Shown here: positions 8,575 to 18,122 of the stretch, piece by piece
Numbering within the stretch: position 1 is the first letter of the stretch
Layout: each line of letters begins with the position of its first letter
Source of the DNA: Deltaproteobacteria bacterium
GTDB lineage: Bacteria > Myxococcota > JACRCW01
Length of the DNA stretch: 46,205 bases
Reading direction: 5' to 3'
NCBI GenBank assembly: GCA_016218805.1
Contig: JACRCW010000157.1
Coordinates: 62,001 to 108,205, forward strand
Made by a program: the position numbers and the translations under genes
Notes under the pieces: model-generated
Seen by the model: the letters and a program-made list of their open reading frames with translations, nothing else
What the model was told of the DNA's origin: nothing
Databases searched by the model: none

Positions 8575-9909
8575 TCAGCGTTGGAGAAACTCCGCCAGCG
8601 CGCGTTGTGCGCCTGGCTCGCCGTGATGCAGCGCAACGCGTTGGACGCGCGGAATGGCGGACAGCCAGGCGCGCAGTTCAGAGCGGTCCGCGTGGGCGGA
8701 CATCCCCGGCAGGGTCTCCACGGCGGCGCGCACGGGAACGTCCGCGCCGTCCAGTTGCACGGTGGCGTGGGTGCGCGCGGCGTCCTGGATGCGCCGCCCC
8801 GGCGTCCCGTCCGCCTGGTAGCCGACGAACAGCACGCACGTTTCCGGCCGCGGCAGCAGCGCCTTGAGATGGTTCACGATGCGGCCGCCGGTGCACATCC
8901 CGGAGCCGGCGATCACCAGCATGGATTCGCGGACTTCGTGGATGCGGAACGAATCCGCGGTGCGGCGCACGGCGTAGAGGTTCTTGAAGTCCAGCGGGTT
9001 GTCGTGGGCGGCCAGCTTGGCGAGCGCGGGCGCGTCGAACAGCTCGCGGTGCGCCTGGTGCAGCTCAGTGACCTCGAGTCCCATGGGAGAATCCACGGCA
9101 ACGGGAATGCGGGGGATTCGGCCGGATTCCACCAGCTCATTGAACAGGTAGAGCAACGTCTGCGTGCGGCCGATGGCGAAGGCGGGCACCAGGATGTGCC
9201 CGCCGTCCTTCAACGCGCGCAGGACGACGTCCTGCAGCCGGTCCGCGAGTTCTGCCGTGACGTGTCCATGGTCGGAGTCGCCGTACGTGCTTTCCAGCAC
9301 CACCACGTCGGCGGGCGCATCGGAAGCCCACGCGCGGTTGGGATCGCGCAGCAACGGGGTGCCGGGCCGGCCGAGGTCGCCCGAGCAGATCACCCGGCTC
9401 TCCGCCGATCGAAACTCCACGCTGGCGGACCCGAGGATGTGCCCTGCTTCGCGCAGCGCGAACGTCCCGGCGAACTGGGGGATGCCCTGCGCGGGCGCGT
9501 CGTAGTCCACCGCGTGGAACAGAGCGCGCAGCTGCCGCAGCGTTTCGTCAATGTCGCGCGGGTCCGCGCCGGAAAGGCGCATGCCGTCAGCGACCACCAG
9601 CGCCGCCAGGTCCAGGGTGGGCCGCGTGCCGAAGATGGGCTTCCGGAACCCGCGGGCAAGCATCTCGGGCAGGCTGCCGACGTGGTCGTTGTGGCCATGC
9701 GTGAGGACGAGCGCGTCGATCTCCATCGCTCGGTCAGGGAAACGCCAGTGGCGCGCGTCCGCGCCCTGCGGGCGCCCCGCATCAACGAGGAACCGCGCGC
9801 CGCCGCAGTTCACGCGCGTCATCGCGCCGGTCACCGCGGAGACGGCACCGAGCAGGTCGACGGAGCCGTCGCGGAGCGGGTGATGAGCAGTGCAGGTCAG
9901 GATGTCCAT
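8575..9909 (-). CDS. MBL-fold beta-CASP ribonuclease (Ysh1/CPSF73-like)
   Basis: LTHGHNDHVG, AGHILGSA, SGDLG, LESTYG, PAFAIGRTQ, AGSGMCTGGRI, SAHAD, HGE motifs. Start set at ATG 9909 (MDILT). Confidence 0.93.
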   Translation of the reverse strand: MDILTCTAHHPLRDGSVDLLGAVSAVTGAMTRVNCGGARFLVDAGRPQGADARHWRFPDRAMEIDALVLTHGHNDHVGSLPEMLARGFRKPIFGTRPTLDLAALVVADGMRLSGADPRDIDETLRQLRALFHAVDYDAPAQGIPQFAGTFALREAGHILGSASVEFRSAESRVICSGDLGRPGTPLLRDPNRAWASDAPADVVVLESTYGDSDHGHVTAELADRLQDVVLRALKDGGHILVPAFAIGRTQTLLYLFNELVESGRIPRIPVAVDSPMGLEVTELHQAHRELFDAPALAKLAAHDNPLDFKNLYAVRRTADSFRIHEVRESMLVIAGSGMCTGGRIVNHLKALLPRPETCVLFVGYQADGTPGRRIQDAARTHATVQLDGADVPVRAAVETLPGMSAHADRSELRAWLSAIPRVQRVALHHGEPGAQRALAEFLQR

Positions 9910-10190
9910 GGCGGCGTCCTCTTCAGCGGTTGTGCGGAGGCGGAGAGCAACCGGCGCGCCAGTTGAACGGGCGGGCGCAGACCCGCGGAAGATCAGCGTG
10001 GTGACGCGAAGATGCGCTGCCGCCCCGGGCATGCGGCTGTCCGGATTTCGGACAGGTGACCGGGAATCGGACGGCGGTGACGACGAGACGGCGCGGAGTT
10101 CCGGTCAGGTCGTGGTGGTGCGCGGGATGCAGAACGGGCCGTTCGCGCCGGCCAGGCAGTCAACCGTGAGCCGGGCGCATGGGAGGCGCC

Positions 10191-11297
10191 GTGAGACTCG
10201 CGTCATTCAACGTGGAGAACCTGTTCGGACGGGCAAAGGTGATGAATCTGGCAACGTGGAGGGACGGCCGCGGCGTCCTGGACGCGTACGCTCGCTTCAG
10301 GGGGCTCATCCAGAAAGCCCGCTATTCGGCCGCGGACAAGCGCGCCATGGGGAAGTTGCTCGGCGTGCTTGGCCTGCACGGGACGGACGAGGGACCGTAC
10401 GTGGTGCTGCGCCGCAATCGCGGACAACTGGTCAGGCGGCAGGGGAGGCGCCTGGAGATTGTGGCCAATGGGCGCGGGGATTGGCTGGGCTGGTTGGACC
10501 TGAAGGAGGAGGAGGTCAGCGAAGCGGCAACCCGGAACACGGCCCGCGTCTTCAAGGAGCTGGAAGCGGACGTGGTCGCGGTCGTGGAGGCCGAGGACCG
10601 CGTCGCCCTGAAGCGGTTCAACGACGAGCTGATCCCGCGTGTGGGTGGGACGCCCTACCGCCATGTGATGCTGATCGATGGCAACGACCGGCGCGGCATC
10701 GACGTGGGGATCATGTGCCAGGACGGCTACGCCATCACGGCCATGCGCAGCCACGTGGATGACCTGGCGGACGGGGAGCCTGTGTTCAGCCGGGACTGCC
10801 CGGAATACGCGGTGCAGTTGCCGTCGGGTGAGACGCTCTGGGTGCTGGTGAACCACCTCAAGAGCCGGGGATACGGCTCGGCGAAGGAATCCGACGCAAA
10901 GCGCCGCCGGCAAGCCGCGCGGGTCAGGAGCATCTACAAGACGTTGAAACGGTCGGGTGCGAATGACGTGGCGGTCGTGGGTGATTTCAACGACACACCG
11001 GACAGCGACGCGTTGGCGCCGCTGTTGCGCGGGCGCGAGCTGCGCGACGTGAGCGAGCATCCGCGTTTCCAGCACGATGGGCGCCCGGGGACGTGGGGCA
11101 ACGGCACGGCGACGGGAAGATTCGACTACATTCTGTTGTCGTCGGCGCTGTGGCAGAAGGTGCAGGCTGCGGGGGTGCTCCGGAAAGGCGTGTGGGGCGG
11201 GAAGAACGGGACGCTGTGGCCGCATTTCCCCGAGATGCGGCGCGCGGAGGACGCAGCGTCGGACCACGCGGCGATCTGGGTGGACATCGATCTTTGA
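10191..11297 (+). CDS. Endonuclease/exonuclease/phosphatase (EEP) family protein
   Basis: RLASFNVENLF, VVEAE, VNHLKS, VGDFND, FDYILLS, ASDHAAIW. GGAGG upstream of GTG 10191. Confidence 0.92.
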   Translation: MRLASFNVENLFGRAKVMNLATWRDGRGVLDAYARFRGLIQKARYSAADKRAMGKLLGVLGLHGTDEGPYVVLRRNRGQLVRRQGRRLEIVANGRGDWLGWLDLKEEEVSEAATRNTARVFKELEADVVAVVEAEDRVALKRFNDELIPRVGGTPYRHVMLIDGNDRRGIDVGIMCQDGYAITAMRSHVDDLADGEPVFSRDCPEYAVQLPSGETLWVLVNHLKSRGYGSAKESDAKRRRQAARVRSIYKTLKRSGANDVAVVGDFNDTPDSDALAPLLRGRELRDVSEHPRFQHDGRPGTWGNGTATGRFDYILLSSALWQKVQAAGVLRKGVWGGKNGTLWPHFPEMRRAEDAASDHAAIWVDIDL

Positions 11298-11322
11298 CGG
11301 AGTCGAAGAGCCCGGCGCCCGC

Positions 11323-11375
11323 GCAGCAGTCCGCTGCTGCACTGTGGGTGTTTCCTGGCGCTGCCTCGGCAGCGC
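11323..11375 (+). terminator. Twin GC-rich hairpins downstream of the EEP gene (possible terminator or stability element)
   Basis: GCAGCAG-TCCG-CTGCTGC and GCGCTGCC-TC-GGCAGCGC; no clean U-tract. Confidence 0.3.
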
Positions 11376-11527
11376 TGACGCGGACTCACCTCGTCCGCCG
11401 TGTGTCCGATGGGCGCATGAGAGCTGTATCCAAGACGCGCAAATTCGGCGCCGGCCGATCACCAAGCGGATGATTGCAGCCCATGCGGGGCGTGGGCAGA
11501 CTGCGCAGCGTGCCAACGGGGGTGTTC

Positions 11528-12025
11528 ATGAAGCGCGTTCCCAGGCAAGCCCAAATCACCGGATATCCAATCAGCCCGCTGCTGGTGGACCGCCGACGTT
11601 TCATGGCGGCGCTGGGGGCCGGATGCGGCGTGGCAGCGAGTTTCACGCTGGGCGGGTGCATGATGACGGCCGGTGAGCCCATGATGACTGGGCCGACGCT
11701 CTGGCCCGTGCGCCTGCCGGCCGAGGGACTGCGCGCGCTCCGCTTCGAAGGGCAGGGCGCCCTGGACTACTGCGTCGAGGCGTCCACAGAGAGCTACCAG
11801 TTGTACGCGTCCCTTGTGTCGGACGATCCCGGCCGCCTTCCCGCCATGGACGCTGTGATGCTCACGCACGCGCTGGCGGATTTCTCGTCGGAGTTGGTCG
11901 TGGCCCAGGTTGAGGGTGAGTTGCGGCGGGCACTGCTTGACCGGTTCCACGCGGACGCCGGCGCATCATCCGACGACTTCGTTTCGCTGCGTCTGTTCAT
12001 CAGCGGCGCTGCGCGGCCCACATGA
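11528..12025 (+). CDS. Small putative Tat-exported lipoprotein upstream of a radical SAM enzyme
   Basis: MKRVP..GYP leader, twin-arginine-like DRRRFM, hydrophobic stretch, lipobox-like LGGC. Confidence 0.65.
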   Translation: MKRVPRQAQITGYPISPLLVDRRRFMAALGAGCGVAASFTLGGCMMTAGEPMMTGPTLWPVRLPAEGLRALRFEGQGALDYCVEASTESYQLYASLVSDDPGRLPAMDAVMLTHALADFSSELVVAQVEGELRRALLDRFHADAGASSDDFVSLRLFISGAARPT

Positions 12026-12101
12026 CCCCACGGTTGCAGATGAAACGCGTCCCCGGCCGACGGGACGGCGGCGTGCCCCCGCCGCGCTGAGGACGCTGCG
12101 C

Positions 12102-13235
12102 ATGCGTGTCACGCTGTTCCTGGACCACGCGTGCAACCTCCGCTGCACGTACTGTTACAACGGTGAGAAGTTCTCCCGGCGCATGTCCTCTGACGTCATG
12201 CGGCGGGCCATCAACCTCGTGCTGGCGCAGCCGGCGCATCCCGCGCTGCGCACGCAGGTGTCGTTCTTTGGCGGTGAGCCGCTGCTGGCCATGGACCTGG
12301 TGGACGAGGCCGTGACCTACGCCCGTGCGCGCGCCGCCGCCGTGGGGCGCCGCGTGGTGTTTCACCTGGTCACCAACGGCACGCTGATGGGACCGGAAAC
12401 GGTGGAGCGGTTGGTGACCGCGCAGGTGCAGGTGGCGGTGAGCCTGGATGGCTGCGCCGCCGCTCACAACGCCACCCGACGCTATGCCAACGGACGCCCC
12501 AGCCACGCCGACGTGGCCGCCCACGTGCGCGGCCTGGCGCAGCGTGTGGCGCCGGGCGGGTTCAAGGTGATGTCCGTGGTGGACCCGGCCAACGTGGGCC
12601 ACCTGGGAAGCGTGCTGGACGCCGCGCTGGAGCTGGGGTGCCTGGATGTGGGCATCAACGTGAACCACGCCGCCGCGTGGGATGACGACGCGCGCGCCGC
12701 CTACGCACGCGGCCTGCGCGAACTGGGCGACCGTTACGTGGCGGCGTGCCGCCGCGGCATCCGCTTCAAGCTGGCGCTGTTGGACAGCAAGATCATCACG
12801 CACCTGCGGGGCGGATTCTCCCCGGAGGAGCGCTGTGATTTCGGCTGCGAAGAGCTGGCCGTGGCGCCGTCCGGGCGGCTCTACCCGTGCGACCGCCTGG
12901 TGGGCATGGACGACCGGGATGAGCTGGTGATTGGCGATGTGTGGCGCGGCGTGGACGTGGCGCGGCGTGATGCGCTGGTGGAGGAGAAGAACGCGGAGCC
13001 GGAGGACTGCCGCGCATGCGCGTTGGCGCCGCGTTGCGCCCACTGGTGCGGCTGCGTGAACCACGCCATGACCGGGCGCGTGGGTGAGGTCTCCGGGCTG
13101 TTTTGCTGGTTTGAGCAGTGCGCCATTGACGAGGCGGACCGCTGCGCGGCGGTCCTTCACGCGGAACGCAACGCGGTGTTCCTGGAGAAGTTCTACCCCC
13201 GTGCACCGGATGCGCTGCTCCGCGTGTTGGCGTGA
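12102..13235 (+). CDS. Radical SAM/SPASM domain protein
   Basis: CNLRCTYC, FFGGEPLL, TNGTL, VSLDG. SPASM region CDFG..G.LYPC..IGDV..CRAC...RCAHWCGC..FC. Confidence 0.93.
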   Translation: MRVTLFLDHACNLRCTYCYNGEKFSRRMSSDVMRRAINLVLAQPAHPALRTQVSFFGGEPLLAMDLVDEAVTYARARAAAVGRRVVFHLVTNGTLMGPETVERLVTAQVQVAVSLDGCAAAHNATRRYANGRPSHADVAAHVRGLAQRVAPGGFKVMSVVDPANVGHLGSVLDAALELGCLDVGINVNHAAAWDDDARAAYARGLRELGDRYVAACRRGIRFKLALLDSKIITHLRGGFSPEERCDFGCEELAVAPSGRLYPCDRLVGMDDRDELVIGDVWRGVDVARRDALVEEKNAEPEDCRACALAPRCAHWCGCVNHAMTGRVGEVSGLFCWFEQCAIDEADRCAAVLHAERNAVFLEKFYPRAPDALLRVLA

Positions 13236-13259
13236 CGGGCGCGCGCCCGGGTGCTGGCG

Positions 13260-13970
13260 TCACCGGCGCGGCGGTTCCCCGGTCCCATCGGGCACGTGGC
13301 CAAACAGCGCGCCCATCGTCGGTGCGCACAGGACCCGATGCATGGCCCGCTGGCGCGCGCGCATGGCGAACACGAACCCCGCGAAGATGAGCACGTCCAG
13401 CGACTCGAGTCCCGCACCGAACGCCAGCCAATCCGCCACGGCGCCGCACAACGCGGGCTCGCGCTCCCGGCCGTCAAGAACGGAGGCGACTCCCGCAACC
13501 ATGCCCGACAGGGCCCAGATTGGCGCCCACATACGGAGTACCCAGGGGACACGGGCCTCGCGCTCCACCGACGGACCGCTGAACCGCCACAAGCGGGTCA
13601 CCACGTCGTGGGCGTGGAACCAACACAGGATCGGGATGAAGAACCCAATGATGACCCATTTCGGCGAATCCCCGGCACCGGTCCGCCCCAGAGCCACCTG
13701 GTTGATGTGCAGCCGCCGCAGCACCACCAGGCGCAGGATCCCGGAAACCAGGCTGGGCAAGAGCGCCAGGACGCTCAGGGCGGCCATGATGGCGGCGGCG
13801 TATTTCGGATTGGCGGGGGAGGCACACGCGTCGTCGGCGGCCACCGCGCGCAGGACGCGCAGCAACGCCGTCATCACCGCCGTGAGGACAAACAGGACAG
13901 CAATGACCCCGGAGGCCCGGTACGCATGGGCCGGAGGTGGCGCAGGAGCCTGAGAAGTGTCGTCGGTCAT
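13260..13970 (-). CDS. DUF4328-like membrane protein
   Basis: Several hydrophobic helices; SPKWVIIGFFIPILCW..DVVTRLWRFS..WAPIWAL pattern. Confidence 0.65.
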   Translation of the reverse strand: MTDDTSQAPAPPPAHAYRASGVIAVLFVLTAVMTALLRVLRAVAADDACASPANPKYAAAIMAALSVLALLPSLVSGILRLVVLRRLHINQVALGRTGAGDSPKWVIIGFFIPILCWFHAHDVVTRLWRFSGPSVEREARVPWVLRMWAPIWALSGMVAGVASVLDGREREPALCGAVADWLAFGAGLESLDVLIFAGFVFAMRARQRAMHRVLCAPTMGALFGHVPDGTGEPPRR

Positions 13971-14058
13971 GGGGGGTCAAGCCGGTCTGCGCGTGCACTT
14001 CACCCGGCATCCTTGCGCTGGGGCGCCACCATGTCCAGCGGGGGAATCCCCTCATTCT

Positions 14059-16995
14059 TCACGACGGGTCCACGCACGTCACGCCGTACCGCGGCGCCAG
14101 CGCCCGGCAGCGGGCCATGACGCCCACGGCGTCCAACTCCAGCGGGTGCACCGCCACGAACCCGATCTCGCCTTCAAACGGATATCCGTCCGCGGAGTCC
14201 CGCCCGATGGTGAGGGGGTCCGTGCTGGGCCGCGGGTCCGCATCCCGCAGACCCGTCAGCACGCCGTTCACGTACATCTTCTCCGTTCCGCCGGCGTACG
14301 TGCCCACCACGTGCGCCCACTCGCCACCCGTCACCACGCCACTGACGGCGGTCCCATAGGTCCCGTGGAAGAACCACAGGCGCCGCGCCGGGGGCGGCTC
14401 CGTTTCGTAGCCCGAGTAGTAATAGAGCCCCCAGCCGCGCGCCCAGCCGGCGTCTGACTTCATGACAATTGCATCCCACCCCGTGAAAGCGGTCCCCTTC
14501 ATCCACGCCTCCACGCTCATTGCCGACGCATCCAGTGAAGCGTCCTCCGCCACCACGACGCGGCCACCCGCCGCGCTGAACAGGAACGACGGCGGCACGG
14601 TGGCGGACCAGCCTACGTCCGTACACACGCCGGGGAACGCCGCGCGCCCGTCAAGTCCGTTGGCGGACAGATCAAACCACGTGGCGGCCGCGCAGCCCGC
14701 GGCGTGCGGCGCCACGCCGGCCTTCGCGTTGGCGGCGTCCAGCACCAGCGCGGCGCCGGCCCGCACCAGCGTGGGGACCGGGAAGGGGCGCAGGTCGTTG
14801 GCGGTGGATGCAAAGTTCCCGCGCAGGTCGTCGGCTGTGGCGGTTGCATACACGCGCACCTGCGCAAGGTCCCCGCTCCATCCCGCCGCCCCGACGACAA
14901 GCGGCCCGTCCACCCGCCAATCCCCCGCGATGGTCGCGGTGCAGGCCGTTCGGCCGGCCACGGTGACTGACGCGTTCCCCGGCGCCGCCAGCAGCCCGAC
15001 ATGCTGAAACACGCCCGGCGCCGGTGCGGCCAACCTGCACCGCGCGCGTGCATCCGCGGCATCCAGCGACGCCCGCAGCGCCGCGGTGTCCGGCGCAACC
15101 GCGGCACCGGAAACCGCCGCCAGCCCAAAGCGCGCAGCGTCACGGTTGAACAGGTGCCGGACGTTCTCCGCGGACAGCGCGGCCGCCCACTGCCGCACCA
15201 CCGCCAGGCTACCGGCCAGGTGGTGCAGGTTGAACGGCCCGAACCGGCCCACGTGCAGCGTGTCATCCGTGACGTTCAGCGCCGCGGCGGGCTGCGCCAC
15301 CGTCTGCTCCACGCCATCGAGAAACAGGTGCACGGCGGGTGGCGCGCTTTCATACACGGCGACGACGTGGATCCAGCGCACCCCCGGGAGCACCGGCCCG
15401 TACTGAATGACGCCGTCCGCCACGTAATAGAACTTGCTGGCGTTACCCGTGGCCGACGACGCGCGGGAGATCGCGATGGTGTCCTGGCTCGCGTAATCAC
15501 CCGCGTGGACAAAATAGTCGTAATCGGCTCCCTGGTCCGCAGCGTCAAAGTAGCCCCACGCTTCCAGCGTTGTCGTCGGCGATTGGGCCCCGGAGGCGGG
15601 CACCGTCACCCAGTCATCCACGCCGTCAAAACGCAGCGCGTAGGGATTGCCCACTGTGCCGTTCCCCGTCCACCCGGAACTGGCAAAGTTGGCGAGCGCG
15701 GCCGTCCGCGCCAGCGGTCCCTGGTCCGCCCAGGTGTCCGCCGCGCCGTCAGCGGGCTGCGGCCCCGGGGAAGCCAGCTCCAGCAGCCCCGGCGCCCATG
15801 CCGCGGTGCGCAGGGTGACGTCTCCCAGCGTGGCAACGGTGAACGGCGCCATGGGCGGTGCCGCGGCGCGAAGCCACAGTTCCACGGCCCCGCCCGATCC
15901 GTTGACCACGACGGGGAATGTGACCTGGCCGGTGTTCCCCAACTGGATGCGCCAGGGGTCTGATGGTGAACCCGTCCCGGTGTACGCGGCACCGCCCAGC
16001 AGTGTGCCGTCCGCAGTTCCCTGCACGTCCGCCATGACCGTTGAAGTGAGCTGCGTCGGCGGTCCTGCCAGCGCGCCAAACTGCGCGTCGTACGCGGCCA
16101 CCAGGTCGGAGACCGTGTACGGCGCGCGCACGTCAATGATGAACGACACCTCGTCCGTTCCCAACGCGTTGGCACCCAGGATGGAGACCTCATAGGCCCC
16201 GTGGACCAGCGCGCCCGGCGCCCAGGTGAAGAGGCCGCTCACGGAGTCAAACACCACGTCGGGAAGCTCGGCACAGGGGCGGCCCGCGCTCACCGCGTGG
16301 TCAATGACGCGGTCGTACGCGCACGCGTAGGTCATGTCCCGGTCGTCGCCCGGCGGCCCGCGCGCAAGGTCGTCCACGTCGGCAAAGTAGATGTCAAAGT
16401 CGTGCATGAGTGCGCCGCCGCGGAAGACGGCGTCCGGCGGTGTACTCAGCACCGGTACGCAACAGCCCGCGTCCGGCACCGCGCCGTCGGTGGCCGCCCC
16501 GGCGTCCGTGATCAGGGATGCGTCCGGACCCACGCCCGCGTCCGTGATGCCGCCGTCCGCGCCTGAGGCGGACGCGCCCTGAGACGAGGCCAGCGACGAT
16601 GTGGGAGCGCTCTGGGAGGTGACGCCCGCCGCCGAAGAAGCGTTCAGCGACGACGCGTGCGAGGAGGCGCCGGCCACGGACGTGGCGGTTGACGAGGGTG
16701 CGCTGGAAGCGGAAAAGCCTGAGCCGCCCGTCGAAGTGCCGGCGGGCGTGGCGGAAGAGCTCGCCGGGACGGTGATCACGCAGGCGCCGGAAGAGCAGGT
16801 CTGGCCGGTTTCGCAGTCGGTCGCGCCGTGACAGGGCTCCTGACAGCGGCCCTCCACGCACGCGTGGCCGTTGGCGCACTCGTCGTCGGCTTCGCATAAG
16901 TACTGCAAAGTGCCTGCGCCCAGCGGGCACGCGGCCAGGAACGCACACCACACAAGGAGCGGTGCGGCTGAATGGGCGGTGCGTGGGGCCACCAC
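14059..16995 (-). CDS. Large secreted/surface protein: Cys-rich N-terminus, Ser-rich linker, Ig-like domain, three LamG-like jelly-roll domains
   Basis: Signal-like N-terminus, CEADDECANGHACVEGRC, poly-Ser linker, FDSVSGLFTWAP, YALRFDGVDDWV, SVEAWMK, WAHVVGTY, FEGEIGFVAVH. Confidence 0.8.
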   Translation of the reverse strand: MVAPRTAHSAAPLLVWCAFLAACPLGAGTLQYLCEADDECANGHACVEGRCQEPCHGATDCETGQTCSSGACVITVPASSSATPAGTSTGGSGFSASSAPSSTATSVAGASSHASSLNASSAAGVTSQSAPTSSLASSQGASASGADGGITDAGVGPDASLITDAGAATDGAVPDAGCCVPVLSTPPDAVFRGGALMHDFDIYFADVDDLARGPPGDDRDMTYACAYDRVIDHAVSAGRPCAELPDVVFDSVSGLFTWAPGALVHGAYEVSILGANALGTDEVSFIIDVRAPYTVSDLVAAYDAQFGALAGPPTQLTSTVMADVQGTADGTLLGGAAYTGTGSPSDPWRIQLGNTGQVTFPVVVNGSGGAVELWLRAAAPPMAPFTVATLGDVTLRTAAWAPGLLELASPGPQPADGAADTWADQGPLARTAALANFASSGWTGNGTVGNPYALRFDGVDDWVTVPASGAQSPTTTLEAWGYFDAADQGADYDYFVHAGDYASQDTIAISRASSATGNASKFYYVADGVIQYGPVLPGVRWIHVVAVYESAPPAVHLFLDGVEQTVAQPAAALNVTDDTLHVGRFGPFNLHHLAGSLAVVRQWAAALSAENVRHLFNRDAARFGLAAVSGAAVAPDTAALRASLDAADARARCRLAAPAPGVFQHVGLLAAPGNASVTVAGRTACTATIAGDWRVDGPLVVGAAGWSGDLAQVRVYATATADDLRGNFASTANDLRPFPVPTLVRAGAALVLDAANAKAGVAPHAAGCAAATWFDLSANGLDGRAAFPGVCTDVGWSATVPPSFLFSAAGGRVVVAEDASLDASAMSVEAWMKGTAFTGWDAIVMKSDAGWARGWGLYYYSGYETEPPPARRLWFFHGTYGTAVSGVVTGGEWAHVVGTYAGGTEKMYVNGVLTGLRDADPRPSTDPLTIGRDSADGYPFEGEIGFVAVHPLELDAVGVMARCRALAPRYGVTCVDPS

Positions 16996-17065
16996 TGGAG
17001 AGTGTCGCAGGCCACATGCAGCCGCAAGGCGGGGTGCGGTGGTCGTGCCTGCCGGGAGCCGTGGG

Positions 17066-18013
17066 CTACCGGCTCATGCAGGTGCGCGCTTCGCAGTTGT
17101 TCGGCGTGGGCTCCAGGCAGGCCACCCGGGGACACACGAGGTGTTCACACCAGCCGCTGTTGAGACGGTTGTTGAACTCTTCCTGGATGGCCCGCAGCGC
17201 CGGGTACGCGTCATTGGACGGGCTCACGTAGTCGGAGCAGCTGCAGCACAGCGAGGTGCACACCAGCGCGGAGCAATCCTGGTTGCAGCCGCACGCCTTG
17301 GCGGCCGCAACGTTCTGCACGTACAGCGTCTGCAACTCCTCGCACGTCAAAGCGGCGGCGTCATACGGCGTGGTGCTGGGTGGTGCGGGGCACACCGCCA
17401 GGCCGCTGGAGGAGGGGGCTGCGCTGGAAGAGACCCTGGCGGTGGAGGTTCCCGGCGAGGCGCTGGACGACGGGCGGACCGCGCTGGTTCCGCCCGACGA
17501 AGACGGCGGGGCCTGCGACGAGGAAGCCGAGCCGGCTGCGGAGGACGCGCTGGACGGCGCGGCGGCTGAGGTAGCCGCCAACGACGTTGTCCCGGCGGAT
17601 GACGATGATGGGACGCTGCTGGTGGCCGGAAGGGAGCCGGAGTCCGAATGGGACGCGGAGGTGCTGGACGCGGCGGAACTGGTGGCCGGCATGGACGCCG
17701 CGTGGGACGACGACGGAAAGGAAGTTGCACCGACGGAGGAGAGGGTGGAGGTGGTGCCCGGGCGGGAGGACGAAACCGCGGCAGGGACGCATTCACCCTG
17801 GGTGCAGACCTGGCCGGGTGCGCAGTTTCCGTCTCCGGCGCAGTGCGCCACGCGGCAGGCACCATCCGCGCACACGCTGCCCAACTCGCAGTCAGCGTCG
17901 GTTCCGCAGCTGAAGGAGAGCGCCGGCCCGCATCCGCCGCAGGACGTGGCGGCCAACGCCACCGCGCACGCGACGACAACGAGGAGGGGGCGGCCGGCAC
18001 GCATGGGGTGCAC
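17066..18013 (-). CDS. Cys-rich putative lipoprotein with long Ser-rich linker
   Basis: Signal plus ATSCGGC, two C-x2-D-x2-C-x2-G-x-x-C-x2-G-x-C modules, ~125-aa Ser/Ala/Thr linker, Cys-rich C-terminal domain. Confidence 0.75.
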   Translation of the reverse strand: MHPMRAGRPLLVVVACAVALAATSCGGCGPALSFSCGTDADCELGSVCADGACRVAHCAGDGNCAPGQVCTQGECVPAAVSSSRPGTTSTLSSVGATSFPSSSHAASMPATSSAASSTSASHSDSGSLPATSSVPSSSSAGTTSLAATSAAAPSSASSAAGSASSSQAPPSSSGGTSAVRPSSSASPGTSTARVSSSAAPSSSGLAVCPAPPSTTPYDAAALTCEELQTLYVQNVAAAKACGCNQDCSALVCTSLCCSCSDYVSPSNDAYPALRAIQEEFNNRLNSGWCEHLVCPRVACLEPTPNNCEARTCMSR

Positions 18014-18122
18014 TAAGCTACCAGCCGCCCGGACGGCGCGGAACGCATGGCGTCACCGGGGCACAACCTTCCGCCGGGGCCGCTTGTGGCCGCCACGGGC
18101 GTTGCCTCTATACTTGCCGGCC

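Noticed and set aside
17256..18122. 289-aa N-terminal extension of the IPT/TIG ORF
   Set aside because: It is the antisense shadow of the Cys/Ser-rich gene 17066..18013; a proper signal peptide begins at ATG 18123.
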